Positions 25,001 through 39,400 of a stretch of DNA of 64,000 nucleotides are shown here, piece after piece (the first letter of the stretch is position 1; every line of letters starts with the position of its first letter). Origin of the DNA: Eledone cirrhosa (lineage: Eukaryota); the NCBI GenBank assembly GCA_964016885.1, contig OZ024744.1, positions 90,272,001 through 90,336,000 of the forward strand, given 5' to 3'. Made by a program: the position numbers and the translations under genes. The notes beneath the pieces are model-generated. The model searched no databases. It had not been told where the DNA came from and was given only the letters and a program-made list of their open reading frames with translations.

Positions 25001-28000
25001 AATATGAAGAAATGATATAAAAACAAACATCACTATATAAATCTCATTTCAGAAAAAATATATATATTTGCCTGAAGCTGACATACACAACAAAATAGCA
25101 GCAACAATTTATTGTATCTCTTCGAATATAAGCTGATTCCACTATTTTATGCCTGAGAAATAGGCAAAAATCCAAACCTTATTTATGTAGAATTTGAAGT
25201 TAGTGAAAATTGTCAAAATATTGACCCTGAATATAAACCAACCTCCTACAATCTATTTTGTTGAGGGTCACATATACGAGTATATACAGCAAATCTGATG
25301 TTTGACTACTTCTTTAATTTTTTTTTTGTTACCTATAATTTGGAGTGATTTAGTAATATAACTAATCTTCTCATTATTAAGTTGGTGTTTGGAACAAAAC
25401 ATAACAAAGGTTTTTACATATATCATGTTGGAATGTTTTTTTTTGTTTTTTTTAGATAAATATAAACATTTTTCAAATAAACAGTATTATATTATAGAAC
25501 CAGGGTGGATGTCTGACAGTTTGGAATTAAAGGGGTTGAAAGGACAACTGTATTGTCCTTCGAGGCAATAGGACAGTAGTTAGAATATCAAACCCAATAG
25601 TTAAAATTAAGGTTTTGGGTTCCATTCTTGGCACAGCTGAATCTCACCTGAAGAGAATCTCAGTCAAAAAAAAAATCATACCGCAGTAATTAAAGTGGTT
25701 TGACTGAAGCATATTTTCATGCTTTGAGAATTGTTGGAAAACTAATAAGTCCTACTGCTATGTTTAGAATAATTTTATCTAGTGTAGTTATTTCATCAGA
25801 ACTTTTTACAGCAATGTAATTGGTGTTTTGTATCAGTGTCTTTGGTGTTTTTACATAAATTAGAATTTTTTTCAACACACTGACACGTATGTCTATATGT
25901 GTGTGCGTGTGTATATGTGCATATGCAGACATTTATACATATGAGTATATAAACACAGACGCACTTACAACAATACACACTCACAGACATACATTCACAC
26001 AAATACACAAACATTCACGCAAACACACACATACACTCACACACAGTGTAGCAAATGGAACACCTGCAGCTCTTTTGCTATAGTTTTTTTCATCATCTCC
26101 TTCCTTCCTTTTACACACACATAGATTCACACAAACACATTGTGTGATGGATGGAGGGACGGTAGTCTCTCAAATCTCTCTCTATATATGTCATTGGTCT
26201 GTTGATTGTAAGGTCATAAGGTCAGTCCTCAGATTGGGTAGCATGTTGTGTCCTTGAGCAAAACATATTTCATTTTAATTCATTTTGCTCCAGTCAACTC
26301 ATCTGGAAACAAATATTAACAGCAATACCATTGCAACGGACTGACCTCCCATCTTGTAATTTCAGTCATTTAATACCATTTGAAACTGAAAGAAGCTCTG
26401 GCCCGATGAACTTCTAGGTTTGAAAAAGAATTTAACCCTTTCATTATTCGTTGGACAACATGCTTTGCGGCATAGTTACAGCCCTTTACGTTCTGAGTTC
26501 AAGTCCCACTGAGGTTAGCGGTCAATTTAATCGTCTTTAGCCTCTCCCAAAATGACTGGTTATGTGCTTATAGTAGAAATCATTATTATATTTCTGGTGA
26601 TATGCATTTTATTTTGAAAGTGGTTGGTGATAGGAAGAGCCTCCAGCTAGCAAGAGTTGGATGGGTCATCACAGACCAAGTCAGCACCCTAGTGGAGCCA
26701 CTGACCTGTCTGATGGGTCACGGGCCCAGCATCTTGCTAACACACATTCCCGCACTCTACCAAGTGCTCAGATGGACACAGAGCCCACATTTCACTTCCA
26801 CATGTTCCTGCTCACTACCATAGGCATTTCATCATGGCACCAGCACTAGGGAAGATGTTGTGTCTTTGAAACAGCTGAAGAATCCATCTGACCCTTTGTT
26901 TAGCAAGTTTTCTACTGTTGGATGACCTTCTTATCACCAAACTCTATATACATACATACACACACATACATGTACACACACTCATAGAGATATTTCTTTG
27001 CATTTCAGATAAAATTGCAACCTTGGAGCGTGACCTTGAAACCATGCAGTCAGACAAGGCGAAGGTCGTTCGCCATAATCATGAACTCACAGTGTTGACT
27101 TCGTATCTGAAGGAGAAGGAGCTTCAATTTCAAAGGTGGGTCTGCCGGGTGTGTAAGAAATGTGTATGTGTGTGTGTTTGTATGTACAAAATTAGGTTCA
27201 ATCATATGTTGCAGTATTTTGTTCAAGTGTCGTTTACATTAAAGTAAATAAACGTGCATTACAAAATGTGTATCATATTAAAAGGGATTAGTAACCTTTT
27301 AGTATTTACATTACTCTATATTTACTATTGTATTTTCATGGTAAACTCTTTATTTCACATAATTATCTCATGTAATATCGAATCTATGAGATTTTGATAT
27401 TATTTATTTTGAGAACAATATAAGTATGAGCAGCCTGTTACAGCTGGTTTGAAAAGAAAGAGGTGAGAGAATTCTTGCCGGATATGACTGGTTTAAATGC
27501 ATGTAAAAAAAAAAAAACACATTCAATTATGGCCATATTACTAGAGCCCTCTTACATATCCAAAGACGAAACATAATAATTCTTACATAAATTCTTATAA
27601 GTGTATCTAACATTTCATGCATGTCTGACATAATTGATCCAGCACATTTCATGTGCATCTGGAAATCTGGAAAACAGGTGTAAAATAGTGGAGATTTTAT
27701 ATATAAATATATTTGTTCTGCAAGATTCTTGATGTGAAATCGTGTGTTGAAACCGATATTGTTATATTTGGGGATAGCAATATTACCAATATTGCTATCA
27801 TCATCATCATCATTTTACGTCCGCTTTTCTCTGCTTGCAAGTGAAATTCAGCGATCTGAGGTCTGTTCTCACCCCCTCTGCCCATGATTTTCATGGTCTT
27901 CCTCTACCGCATCTTCTTCTACCGTGTCTTCCTTCTACTGGGATTTCTTGGCACTTCTTTACATAGCGGTCATCCCCCACGCGCATCACATGTCCATACC

Positions 28001-30448
28001 AATGCAATTTTCTCTCCCGCACACTACAGCTTATCCCTCTTATACATAGTTTCTCTCTCAACTCGTCTTTGCTTGGTCGTTCATGTACATTGGCATTGCA
28101 CATCCAATGGAGCATGCTTGCTTCATTTCTCTCCAGCCGTCGCATATCCTCCGCAGTTACTGCCCATTCAACACTACCATGCAGCATTGCGCATCTCCCA
28201 CAGGCATCATATAACTATCCTTTCATTCATAGGGAGAAACCCTTTGTTAACAGAGGAAGCAGCTCCCTAAACTTCTTCTAACCCATCTTATTCTAGATAC
28301 TATGGCCTCGGAACGCCCTCCTTCTTTGCTAATCTGATCACCTAGGTATTGGAAGCTATCAACCACCTCTATAGATCCTACCTGCATTTGAAAAATGTGT
28401 CTATCACTGCGACTTCTACTGTCAAATTTCCCTGTACATCTACTGCATATATTGTTTTCCATACCTGTTAGTTTGCCTGCTATCCCACTACATCTCTTGT
28501 GTACCCAATATCTGCATTGTGTACATTTTATAGAAAGAAATATACACACCATATATTTTCACTTTATCTTTATTATTTGTCATTCATTTGTTTATCAAAG
28601 TTCTTTCATCACACATTCTGTGATCCCCTCAATGATTGTTTTGTGCATCCTCTTTTTCCTGGTCTTCTACTCCATCTTGTCTTTGTTTGTTTTGAGGTGC
28701 CAGACACAGTCATCCAACATGTCTGACCTCAGAACATGATAACCTGTCTAACCCATGCAAGCATGGAAATAAACATAAAGCAGTGGTGTTTATGTAGATG
28801 ATGATGATAATGTTTGTATGTATATATGTATTCCAGAGCTTTGGGTGAACAAGAAGTCCTAAAAAACCAGAACATTACCAAATTAGGAAGTGCTGAAGAA
28901 CGTGTCAAAACCATTGAAGATGAACTAAGTAATTACAAGTAAGTGGACCATGTAATTTTCCTTTTTACATTTTCATATTTTTGTGCTTCTTTTATTGACT
29001 TCTGGGTCAGATTACCATGATTGAATGGAGACATCAAAGGGAATAGTGAGCACTCTTTCAGTCTTGCGAGTCAAGACAAACTCACTAGTGCTGGTGCTAC
29101 GATAAAATGCATCCAGTACATTTTGTAGTTTGTATATTGGCAATGGTTGAATTGAGAACTTGTTGGGTTGAGATGACAGCTTCTAGTCTTAATAAGGCCA
29201 TAATAACTTCTCTAGTGCTGGTACCATGATATAAAATGTATCCTGTACACTGTGTAAAATGGTAGGCATTAGGAAAAGCATCCAGCTGTAAAAACGATCA
29301 TACGAGCAGGGCCTATGAGCCAAGAAGGCCCCACAGCAACCATGCAACATCCATTTTGAGAAAAAATTTTGCCTGCTTCGGGCCTCAAAGGGGTCTTGTA
29401 CCGCTTTGCAAAATTTCTCTTGGAGGTCCTGCATACGAGTGAGATGAGGTTTTCCAACCTGCCTGTCCAATCTCAAACCGTGACAGCTCACTCAACCCAT
29501 GCCAGTATGAAAAGGGGAAGTTAAATGATGATGGTTGTCCTTGTATTGTTAATATTTTTAACATTTATGTTATAACTCTATGTGTGTCATATTCATCATC
29601 ATCATTCTATCAACATCCATTTTTCTATGCTAGCATGGATTAGACGAGCTGTCCCATTGTAAGACATATCTGATCAGCTTACTATGTCTTGCACATACAG
29701 AACTGTTTCTGGTTTTGTTTCTATGACTGGAGGCCCTTCCTAATGCCAACTACATTTACAGCATGAACAAGGTACTTTTTATTGTGGCACCAAAATGACC
29801 ACTTTACATTGTGGACTGGGCAGTTTTTGTTGTGACACCAACACAACCACTTTACAGTGTGGACTGGGCTCTTTTTATTGTGACACCAGCACAATCGCTT
29901 TACAGTGTGGACTGGGCACTTTTTGTTGTGACACCAACATAACCACTTTACAGTGTGGATTGGGTGCTTTTTGTTGTGACACCAACACAACCACTTTACA
30001 GTGTGGACTGGGTACTTCAATAAGCTGTTAGGTTTGGCAAAACTGAAGACCAGTCAATCAAGATATATATAATGAATATAAGTCTTCTAAATGTATGGAG
30101 TCACCCTATCAGTAAATATTTGTTATTTTTATACCTATGAATTTACAACCTAACACCTGTGTGTGTGTTGACGTGTGTTGGGCAAGAGTTTGACAGCTTA
30201 ATCTGGAAATGTTTATATTTCTAATGAAATATATTGCCTATGATTATCAATAATGGAAAATTAGTAACATAACTTTCTTGTGAAGAATAGAACTTAACAA
30301 AGGTTCTTACACAAACTTATTATTGAAGGTTTTTGATAAATATTAACATTTTAAAATAAACAGCTTTGCCACTTTGTTACTATATTCCTAACAAAAGGCT
30401 TCATTTTGATCTATTCAATTTTGGATGTACATACACACACAAAGAGTG

Positions 30449-30480
<32 letters not shown>

Positions 30481-33400
30481 TTGGTTTACAAAACTAGCTG
30501 AAGAGAATCCAAGCAGCTTTGGCCATTCCTTACTTACTCAATGAGATTTGTACATAAGAATATAAAAACTCTAAGTGAACACTTACATGTTATTATAATG
30601 TAAGGAAAACAGCAACATGTGGGTACTGATAGTTGTATATCATATAAACCCAGACTGTCAATAGTTTCTGTACTACAGTCTGATCATAATGGTAACAACT
30701 GCAATTGTTATTCACTGTAGTTATGTAATATCTGCAGACATTACATAATGGACATTGCAATTCCTCTTCAGTGGGTAACTGTCCAACCTCAAATGGAACG
30801 TTTGTCAATAACAACACATCCAAGCCTGGTCCCTGCCATTATTAAATGAAGCAGTTACAGACTTATAGTGACACTTGATCTCCTGTAGAGGAGGTTGTGC
30901 AACTAACTGTTGTGAGGAAACACGGTAATGGGAAATTCAAAAACTGAATTCTAGCCTTAAGCTCTCAACTAGTCAAATACAATAAGAAACAAATACAGAA
31001 TTGCAAAATATATATATATATATATATTGAACTAAATTAAAATAAAAAAAACCATTTACATTCAGATGCAAATCTGCCAACTGGAAAAGGAAATTATTTT
31101 CATTTACAAAGCAAGCCAAAAGAATCTGTGTAGCCTCAGCTGTTTCTTACTCAATAGGTTTTTGTATGTAAGACTACAAACTTATAGCTCACTTATATAT
31201 ATATATAATATATATATATCATCATCATCGTTTAACATCCATCTTCCACGCTAGCAAGGGTTAGACGGTTTTGTTCTATTTGATGTGGTATTGGTTTGGA
31301 GACCGTGCCTCGCTCGTATATATATACACACACACATTCACACTACATAAGTGAGATAACAGATCCCTGGCTTCTCTGAGAGATCAGAAACCCTGTTTCA
31401 GTATTGACTTAGTCTTTGTACACCCGTCCATCCCTTGCTAGCTGGGAAAGTGGATGTTAAAACTACGATGATGATGATAATAATATATATATATAGTGAA
31501 GGCGCGTGGCTGAGTGGTTAAAGAATTGGATTCGCAACCGTGAGGTTGTGAGTTCGATTCCCGGACCGGGTGATGCATTATGTCCTTGAGCAAGACACTT
31601 TATTTCACGTTCCTTCTACCTGGAGTTGTGACTGATAGATAGTATTAGCAATTGGAAAGACCAATGGAAACATTGTTTCCTCGGTCCAATTTGACGAAAG
31701 TCGATCGTCTGTTGATATTTATAGGTACCATTTATAAGGTTTTATTTTAAGTATTTCTTCTCAGGGGACATAAAAACTACCTTATTAGTTATTTTTGTTG
31801 GGTAGGATGTGGTGGTGGTGGTGGGGTCTTTAAGAAATTCCATAAGAAACACACACACATACAGCTATATGCATTTATCATTGCAGACAACAAAACGAAG
31901 ACTTGAAACGTGAAATCCTCAAAGCTGAAAGAGATTTTCGTGCACAGGTAAAGCAAAGTATATTTATTCAACATATACCCCTGTTCCTGTCTCTAAAATA
32001 TGTATATGAAAAAAATCCTGGAATCGGCAGATAAGATGATTGATTATCTTCGATTAGATTATCTCAAATTTTATTTTTATTGCATTGCATTCATTGATAG
32101 ATTGGTTACAATGGAGTAATTTGGATTAGATGGAGTTTAGGGGTGGCTATTTTTAGACACATGGATTTTGTTGAACAAACTCGTTTGAATGGTTGTGATA
32201 CATAGAATTACATTGGAATTTATGGTTGGATTAGATGGATATATTGAACAAGTTCAATTCTATTGGATTGGATAGAGTGGTGGGATTGCACTGGATGAGT
32301 TTTATATGGATTCAGTCGATAGATTAGATTTGATAGTGATGTATCCTTCATCAGTTTTGGTGATGAGCATTTAGTTGTTCAATCAACTGAATGTCCAACT
32401 CTCCACAATATATGTACCCTTAACATAAATTCTCATGACAAATCAGTATGACATAATGTGATGTGGTTTTGACTTTCGAATGGTCTATTCCACATAATTT
32501 TCTGTCTACCCAAGTTTACTTACAAGGTTTGGGTTGACCTGATCTGAGAATATGGTAAAGATACTTGTCCAAGGTGTCATGCAGTGGGATCAAAACCCAG
32601 GATCAAAACCTCATGGGTGTGAAGCAAACTTCTTAACCACTCAAATATTCTGGGTTGGCAGATAGAATTTGGCCTGATCAACTAACCACACATTTCCAGA
32701 GGACTTTTGATCAAAGACCTATGGATAATTTCCAGAAATCCCTTGCCTGGCAGTGCTACCAAGGAGCTTTGCCAATTTGAGATAAACTCTACAGGCATGG
32801 AAGTGCCATCAGTCGGGCATGTCACAGATGTGCATAGGGTGATGAAACTGTCCTGCAAGTACATATCCAGTGTCCGAGTATTGCTGACTTGTGGGCTTAT
32901 GTCAAGCAACTGCTATCATCTGAAGGATGGATCCAACTATCAACTGAGTTCATTTTGAAGATCATCCACCATCTTCCTTTAGAGAGGAATGGGCTTGTTC
33001 TGAATATACACCTGTAGACTAGATGAACACAACTGAGAAGGTGCACATGCGCCCCAGTGGTCAGGGGGATTGTGGATTTTTGTAGGCTTTCTCCAGAGAT
33101 CCCGGCCCCCTTTTGGGGGTATTTGTTTTATTTGACTTTTTTTTAAATGTTTATTTTATTTTAGTTTTTTTATAAACCTTTTTACACACAAAAAACACGC
33201 ACTGCACCGCCCTGTACTGTCTTTATTGTTTGCTTAATGTAAGTCCTGTGAGGCTAATAAAGAAACCATTATTATTGTTATGATATTGTTTCTTTCTTTC
33301 TTTCTTTGCAGATAGCAGCAAATGAGAAAAAAGCGCATGAGAACTGGGTAAATAAATCCCATTATTATTATTATTATTATTCGGTAGGGGGTCGGGCACC

Positions 33401-36400
33401 ATGCTTTGCAGCATAGAGTTACATCCCTTTACGATCTGAGTTCAATTCCTGCCATGGTTAGTTTTGCCTTTCATTCTTACGAGGTCGATAAAATAAAGCA
33501 CCAGTAATGCACTGAGATAATTGCTGGCCTTGTGCCAAATGTAGAAACAATTATTATTATTATTATTATAGAGGGTGGTGGATTGGCAGTATCGGTAGAG
33601 CGTCGGACACCATGCTTGGTGGCATAGAGTTACGGCCCTTTACATTCTGAGTTCTAATCCTGCTCAAGTTAGCTTTGCCTTTCATTTTTATGGGGTCGAT
33701 AAAATAAAGTACCAATAATGCACTGGGAGTCGATTTAGTCGACATCCTTCTCAAAAATTGCTGGCCTTGTGCCTAAATCAGAAAGCATTATTATTATAAA
33801 GCACTAGGAATGCACGGGGCAATTTCTGGCCTTGTGTAAAAAGTAAAAAAATTATTATTATTATTATTATTACCACAACAGACACCAGCATTCCAACCGC
33901 GACCAAACCCAACAAAATGAAACAAACAACACAAATTTCACCAGTCATAAACACATGTTGCTCCAGTTTATTAAACTGTAGAAATGAGTTGCGACATCAC
34001 CGGTGCCAAGCTGTATCTGCATTTGCCTTTCCCTTGGACAACATCAGTGATGTGAAGAGGGGAGACTGGTATGCATGAGTGACTGTTGGTCTTCCACAAA
34101 CAACCTTGCCTGGTCTTGTGCCTTGGAGAGAAACTTTCTAGGTGCAAATTCCAGGGTCATTTGTGACCAAAAGAGGTCTTTACCCTTTACAAACACACAA
34201 ACAACAATAAACTAATGTACCACATAAAACGCAACACCACTTTTCTTCATGCATGCCCTTACTCAGAATAGATAGTACAAATCCGCAAGGTTCATCTTGG
34301 AAGCAGGGTCAACTGGACAATGACCTTAGAATTTCTGAGGCACAAGCCTTTGCACCCATTTTCGGTGGTTATGAGGTGTATGCAATTTCAAGCCACCTGG
34401 GATTGGGGGTGGAGTTGCTGCTTATTTCGAAAAGGATTGGATCTTGCTATAGGGACCGCCTTCCTTGACTAAGAAGGAAAGTTGGTGGTGCTGGACGTGA
34501 CTAACAGCGTGATGTATGCCTTCGAGTTAGTGGTCATCTGGGTACATACAGGAGCAGGACAGCCTATTTTCTTCAGGTCTCAGGAGAACTTTCTAGGAAT
34601 GTCCCGTTCTTTAGTGCTACTAGGCAATTGGAACAGTATCTTAGATGCATGCTGAAACTGTGTTGAACTAGCAGATAGGGAAGGAGGGTGTAAAAGCCTT
34701 GCAAACCTGCTCAGACGTTTACAACAGTCTGACAGGTGCTGATTGGATTTCCCAGTTGTGCTAATGTGGACATAGTAAAACCGCGTCGGCTCATCCAGAT
34801 CATTTCTAGATTGGGTATTCTATAGGGAAGTAGATATCATCCAATCAACCATAAGGAAACATGTATTTGATGGGTATATATATATATATATATATGGAGG
34901 CACATGGCTTAGTGGTTAGAGCATTGGCCTTGCAATCGAAAGGTTGTGAGTTCAATTCTCAGACCGGGTGATGTGTATGGAGGCACATGGCTTAGTGGTT
35001 AGAGCATTGGCCTTGCAATCGAAAGGTTGTGAGTTCAATTCTCAGACCAGGTGATGTGTTGTTTCCTTGAGCAAGACACTTTATTTCACATTGCTCCAGT
35101 TTACTCAGCTGTAGAAATGAGATGATAGGACTGAGGTCCCTATCATACCACTGTAAAGTGGTCGTGTAGGTGCCACGGCAAAAAAAAAACACCCAGCACT
35201 CACTGTAAATGAGGTTGATGTTAGGAAGGGCATCCAGCTGTAGAAATCAAGCCAGAATCAGTTCCCGTCCCACCCTTGCAAGCAGGGAAAAGTGGACGTA
35301 AAATGAAATGAATGAATGAATATATATATTTATCCCGGGTTCAATCAGCGGTAATTAAATAATGATAAGAACATTAAAGATTTGTTATAAGATTTAGACC
35401 CGTGCGCTTCATCATCATTTAACGTCCATCTCCCATGGGTTAGATGGTTTTGTTCCATTTGATGCGGGAGACCATGTCTCACTCGTACGGAAGTGGCTGG
35501 ATGTTCTTCCTAGCACCAACCACTTTTACAGTGTGGACTGGGAGCCTTTTTACAGTGTCTCCTACATGACGATTTACAGTGTAGACTGGGTGCCTTTTTA
35601 CAGTGTAGACTGGGAGCCTTTTTACAGTGTCTCCTACATGACGACTTTACAGTGTAGACTGGGTGCTTTTTATTGTGTGGACTGGGAGCCTTTTTACAGT
35701 GTCTCCTACATGACGACTTTACAGTGTAGACTGGGTGCTTTTTACAGTGTAGACTGGGAGCCTTTTTACAGTGTCTCCTACATGACGACTTTACAGTGTA
35801 GACTGGGTGCTTTTTATTGTGTGGACTGGGAGCCTTTTTACAGTGTCTCCTACATGACGACTTTACAGTGTAGACTGGGTGCCTTTTTACAGTGTAGACT
35901 GGGAGCCTTTTTACAGTGTCTCCTACATGACGACTTTACAGTGTAGACTGGGTGCTTTTTATTGTGTGGACTGGGAGCCTTTTTACAGTGTCTCCTACAT
36001 GACGACTTTACAGTGTAGACTGGGTGCTTTTTATTGTGTGGACTGGGAGCCTTTTTACAGTGTCTCCTACATGACGACTTTACAGTGTAGACTGGGTGCC
36101 TTTTTACAGTGTAGACTGGGAGCCTTTTTACAGTGTCTCCTACATGACGACTTTACAGTGTAGACTGGGTGCCTTTTTACAGTGTAGACTGGGAGCCTTT
36201 TTACAGTGTCTCCTACATGACGACTTTACAGTGTAGACTGGGTGCCTTTTTACAGTGTCTCCTACATGACGACTTTACAGTGTAGACTGGGTGCCTTTTT
36301 ACAGTGTAGACTGGGAGCCTTTTTACAGTGTCTCCTACATGACGACTTTACAGTGTAGACTGGGTGCCTTTTTACAGTGTAGACTGGGAGCCTTTTTACA

Positions 36401-39400
36401 GTGTCTCCTACATGACGACTTTACAGTGTAGACTGGGTGCCTTTTTACAGTGTAGACTGGGAGCCTTTTTACAGTGTCTCCTACATGACGACTTTACAGT
36501 GTAGACTGGGTGCCTTTTTACAGTGTAGACTGGGAGCCTTTTTACAGTGTAGACTGGGAGCCTTTTTACAGTGTCTCCTACATGACGACTTTACAGTGTA
36601 GACTGGGTGCTTTTTATTGTGTGGACTGGGAGCCTTTTTACAGTGTCTCCTACATGACGACTTTACAGTGTAGACTGGGTGCCTTTTTACAGTGTGGACT
36701 GGGAGCCTTTTTACAGTGTCTCCTACATGACGACTTTACAGTGTAGACTGGGTGCCTTTTTACAGTGTAGACTGGGAGCCTTTTTACAGTGTCTCCTACA
36801 TGACGACTTTACAGTGTAGACTGGGTGCCTTTTTACAGTGTAGACTGGGAGCCTTTTTACAGTGTCTCCTACATGACGACTTTACAGTGTAGACTGGGTG
36901 CCTTTTTACAGTGTAGACTGGGAGCCTTTTTACAGTGTCTCCTACATGACGACTTTACAGTGTAGACTGGGTGCCTTTTTACAGTGTAGACTGGGAGCCT
37001 TTTTACAGTGTAGACTGGGAGCCTTTTTACAGTGTAGACTGGGAGCCTTTTTACAGTGTCTCCTACATGACGACTTTACAGTGTAGACTGGGTGCTTTTT
37101 ATTGTGACACCGACACAGTGGACGGAAATGTTAGGATATCTATGTATATATATATGAGTTTCTGGCTTGTATCTGCCGATATTACCTCTTGTTGTTTTGA
37201 TTGCCCTGATGAGTCCTTAATAGGACGAAACATTGTCGGCTAATAAAAATTTTTGATGTATTAAAGGATTCTTTGTTTTACTCTCTTAATATATATATAT
37301 ATGTATATAATTATAAGTTTCAAGAACAGTTAGATAAAATTTACCCAGTTTTTCTTCTTAGTCCGTAGAAATTAACCAGATAAATAATCATTTAAATGGA
37401 GCTAAGTTTAAAATGTAACTTAGAAGAAATAACAGACAAATGTTATCAATATTCCTTTATGAGGAACAGTCAGATAAAATTTATCTAATCTTTCCTCTTA
37501 GTCCATAGAAATTAACTGGAGAAATAGTCATTTAAATGGAGCTAAGTTTAGAATGTAAGTTTGAAGAAAAAATAGATAAACGCTACCAAAACCTCTTCCA
37601 GTCCTGACTGTCGACAGTTTTGCTTGTACTTTGTGGAAATGTCTACTGGTTGCATTATCCATGAGGCTCCCTCAGTTAGGACCGAAATTTCCAAATTGAT
37701 CACCGTCAGTAACAAATTCAAAAGGGGTGAAAAACATCACGTGGCTAGTGGTCAAGATAGAATTGTTGTGAAGGGTAGACTGGTGGCAAGTAAGTTCATT
37801 GCTAGAGGAAGCAGTTAGTTACCGCCTAAAGTTTACTCAACCATAAGGGAATACAGAACAAAGTCATAGAGAACATATATATATATATATTTAAACATAG
37901 TTACAGATACATATATGAGTGTTGGCTACCTTCAACGGTGTGGCTCAATGAATGGATTAAATAAATGATTATCAATCAGAGCTATATTATATATATAGGT
38001 GTGTGTATGTATGTGTGTGTATGTATGTGTGTGTGTGTGTATACACACACACATAGAGAGAGAGAAAAGGTGAAATTTGAAATAGCATGGAAAATATATC
38101 TACGGGTCTGTTTTTTTTTTTTCTTCTCTTTGATTCGTCAAAGTGAAAAAATGAGAGGGACAATTCTTTTAAAAAAGAGTTTTATAATGTATATAAAGTA
38201 TTACCAGTTTCGATGTATTAGTAAAATTCATCTTATCAAATGTTGAGTATTACAATTAAAAAGAATTAATAAGAATTAAAAACTAAAATTTAAAGATTTA
38301 AAATTAAGTGTTGAGGTAATTTTTTTTCATCTTCCTTGTTGAGAAAGAGACTGGAAAATGAACTCTTGTGTATATAGAGAGAGGTGTAGTCATGGTAGTA
38401 GCAGCAGCGGTGGTGGTAGTTGTGTTTTTTCACACAGACAAAATTGTTTTTAGGGAGAAGATATTCTGTAAATATGTGTGTAGCACAATTATGTTAATGG
38501 ACTGGAAGAAATGAAATATCCTATGGATGGCTGGGATAGCTTGAAATCTTTACAGATTCATGGTGGAAAACCAAAAGCCGTGTAAATTTGAATGCAGCTA
38601 CCAAATGAATGAGTGAAAGGGTATAATGGTGTGAGTTTTAGATGATTTTGAATAAGTAGATGGTGAGAGAGAGAGAGGGGGCTGGGGGATAATATACAAC
38701 ATGGCTTATTTCAAAAATAGTCGAAATATATGGGAAAAACACACACATATATATATTTATGTAATAAACAACATAAGACAATTATTCCATTTACCAAAGG
38801 TTTCACGAAGACAGACGTTTGTGTCGAGCTCTGTCTTCGTGAAACCTTTGGTAAATGGAATAATTGTCTTATGTTGTTTATTACATAACTAAATAGCTCT
38901 GTAGCCTACATAGAGCACTCTCCTTTCCTTTACCACGGAAATACTTAATATATATATACACACACACATACATGCATATATACATATATACACTCACACA
39001 AATATACGGTTAAGATGTACATTACTATATATATATGTGCATGCATGCATTATATGTTTGCCTGTTGGATATCATCACTGCATCATTACAATTATCCCCA
39101 ATATCTACATGGGTTGACTGAAAAGTTCATAGGCTGACCAAGATACTCTCATGGAATGACCAAATGAGGTTTATCTTTCAACATAGTCTCTTGAAAGAAA
39201 CAATGTAATTGTTAATAAAAAGAGTTGAAATTAATGCATGCAAGATTTCACAGCTCGAGTATCACTACTTCATATTCAGCCTATCCTGGTATATAATTAG
39301 CTACCATAATTATTGTTCTTTGTTTTTACTTTTTGTGCAGCTGGCCACCCGGTGTGCCGAACGTGAACTGAAAGAGTCAAAGCATGAATGTGCTGTGTTA

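Noticed and set aside
34253-34860. GC-richer block, perhaps an old non-LTR fragment
   Set aside because: Too degraded to assign by eye; needs BLASTX.
35522-37105. CRISPR-like array or repetitive protein ORFs (VDWEPFYSVSYMTT)
   Set aside because: No unique spacers and no cas genes; units derive from the retroposon tail, and 73-bp units break the frame.
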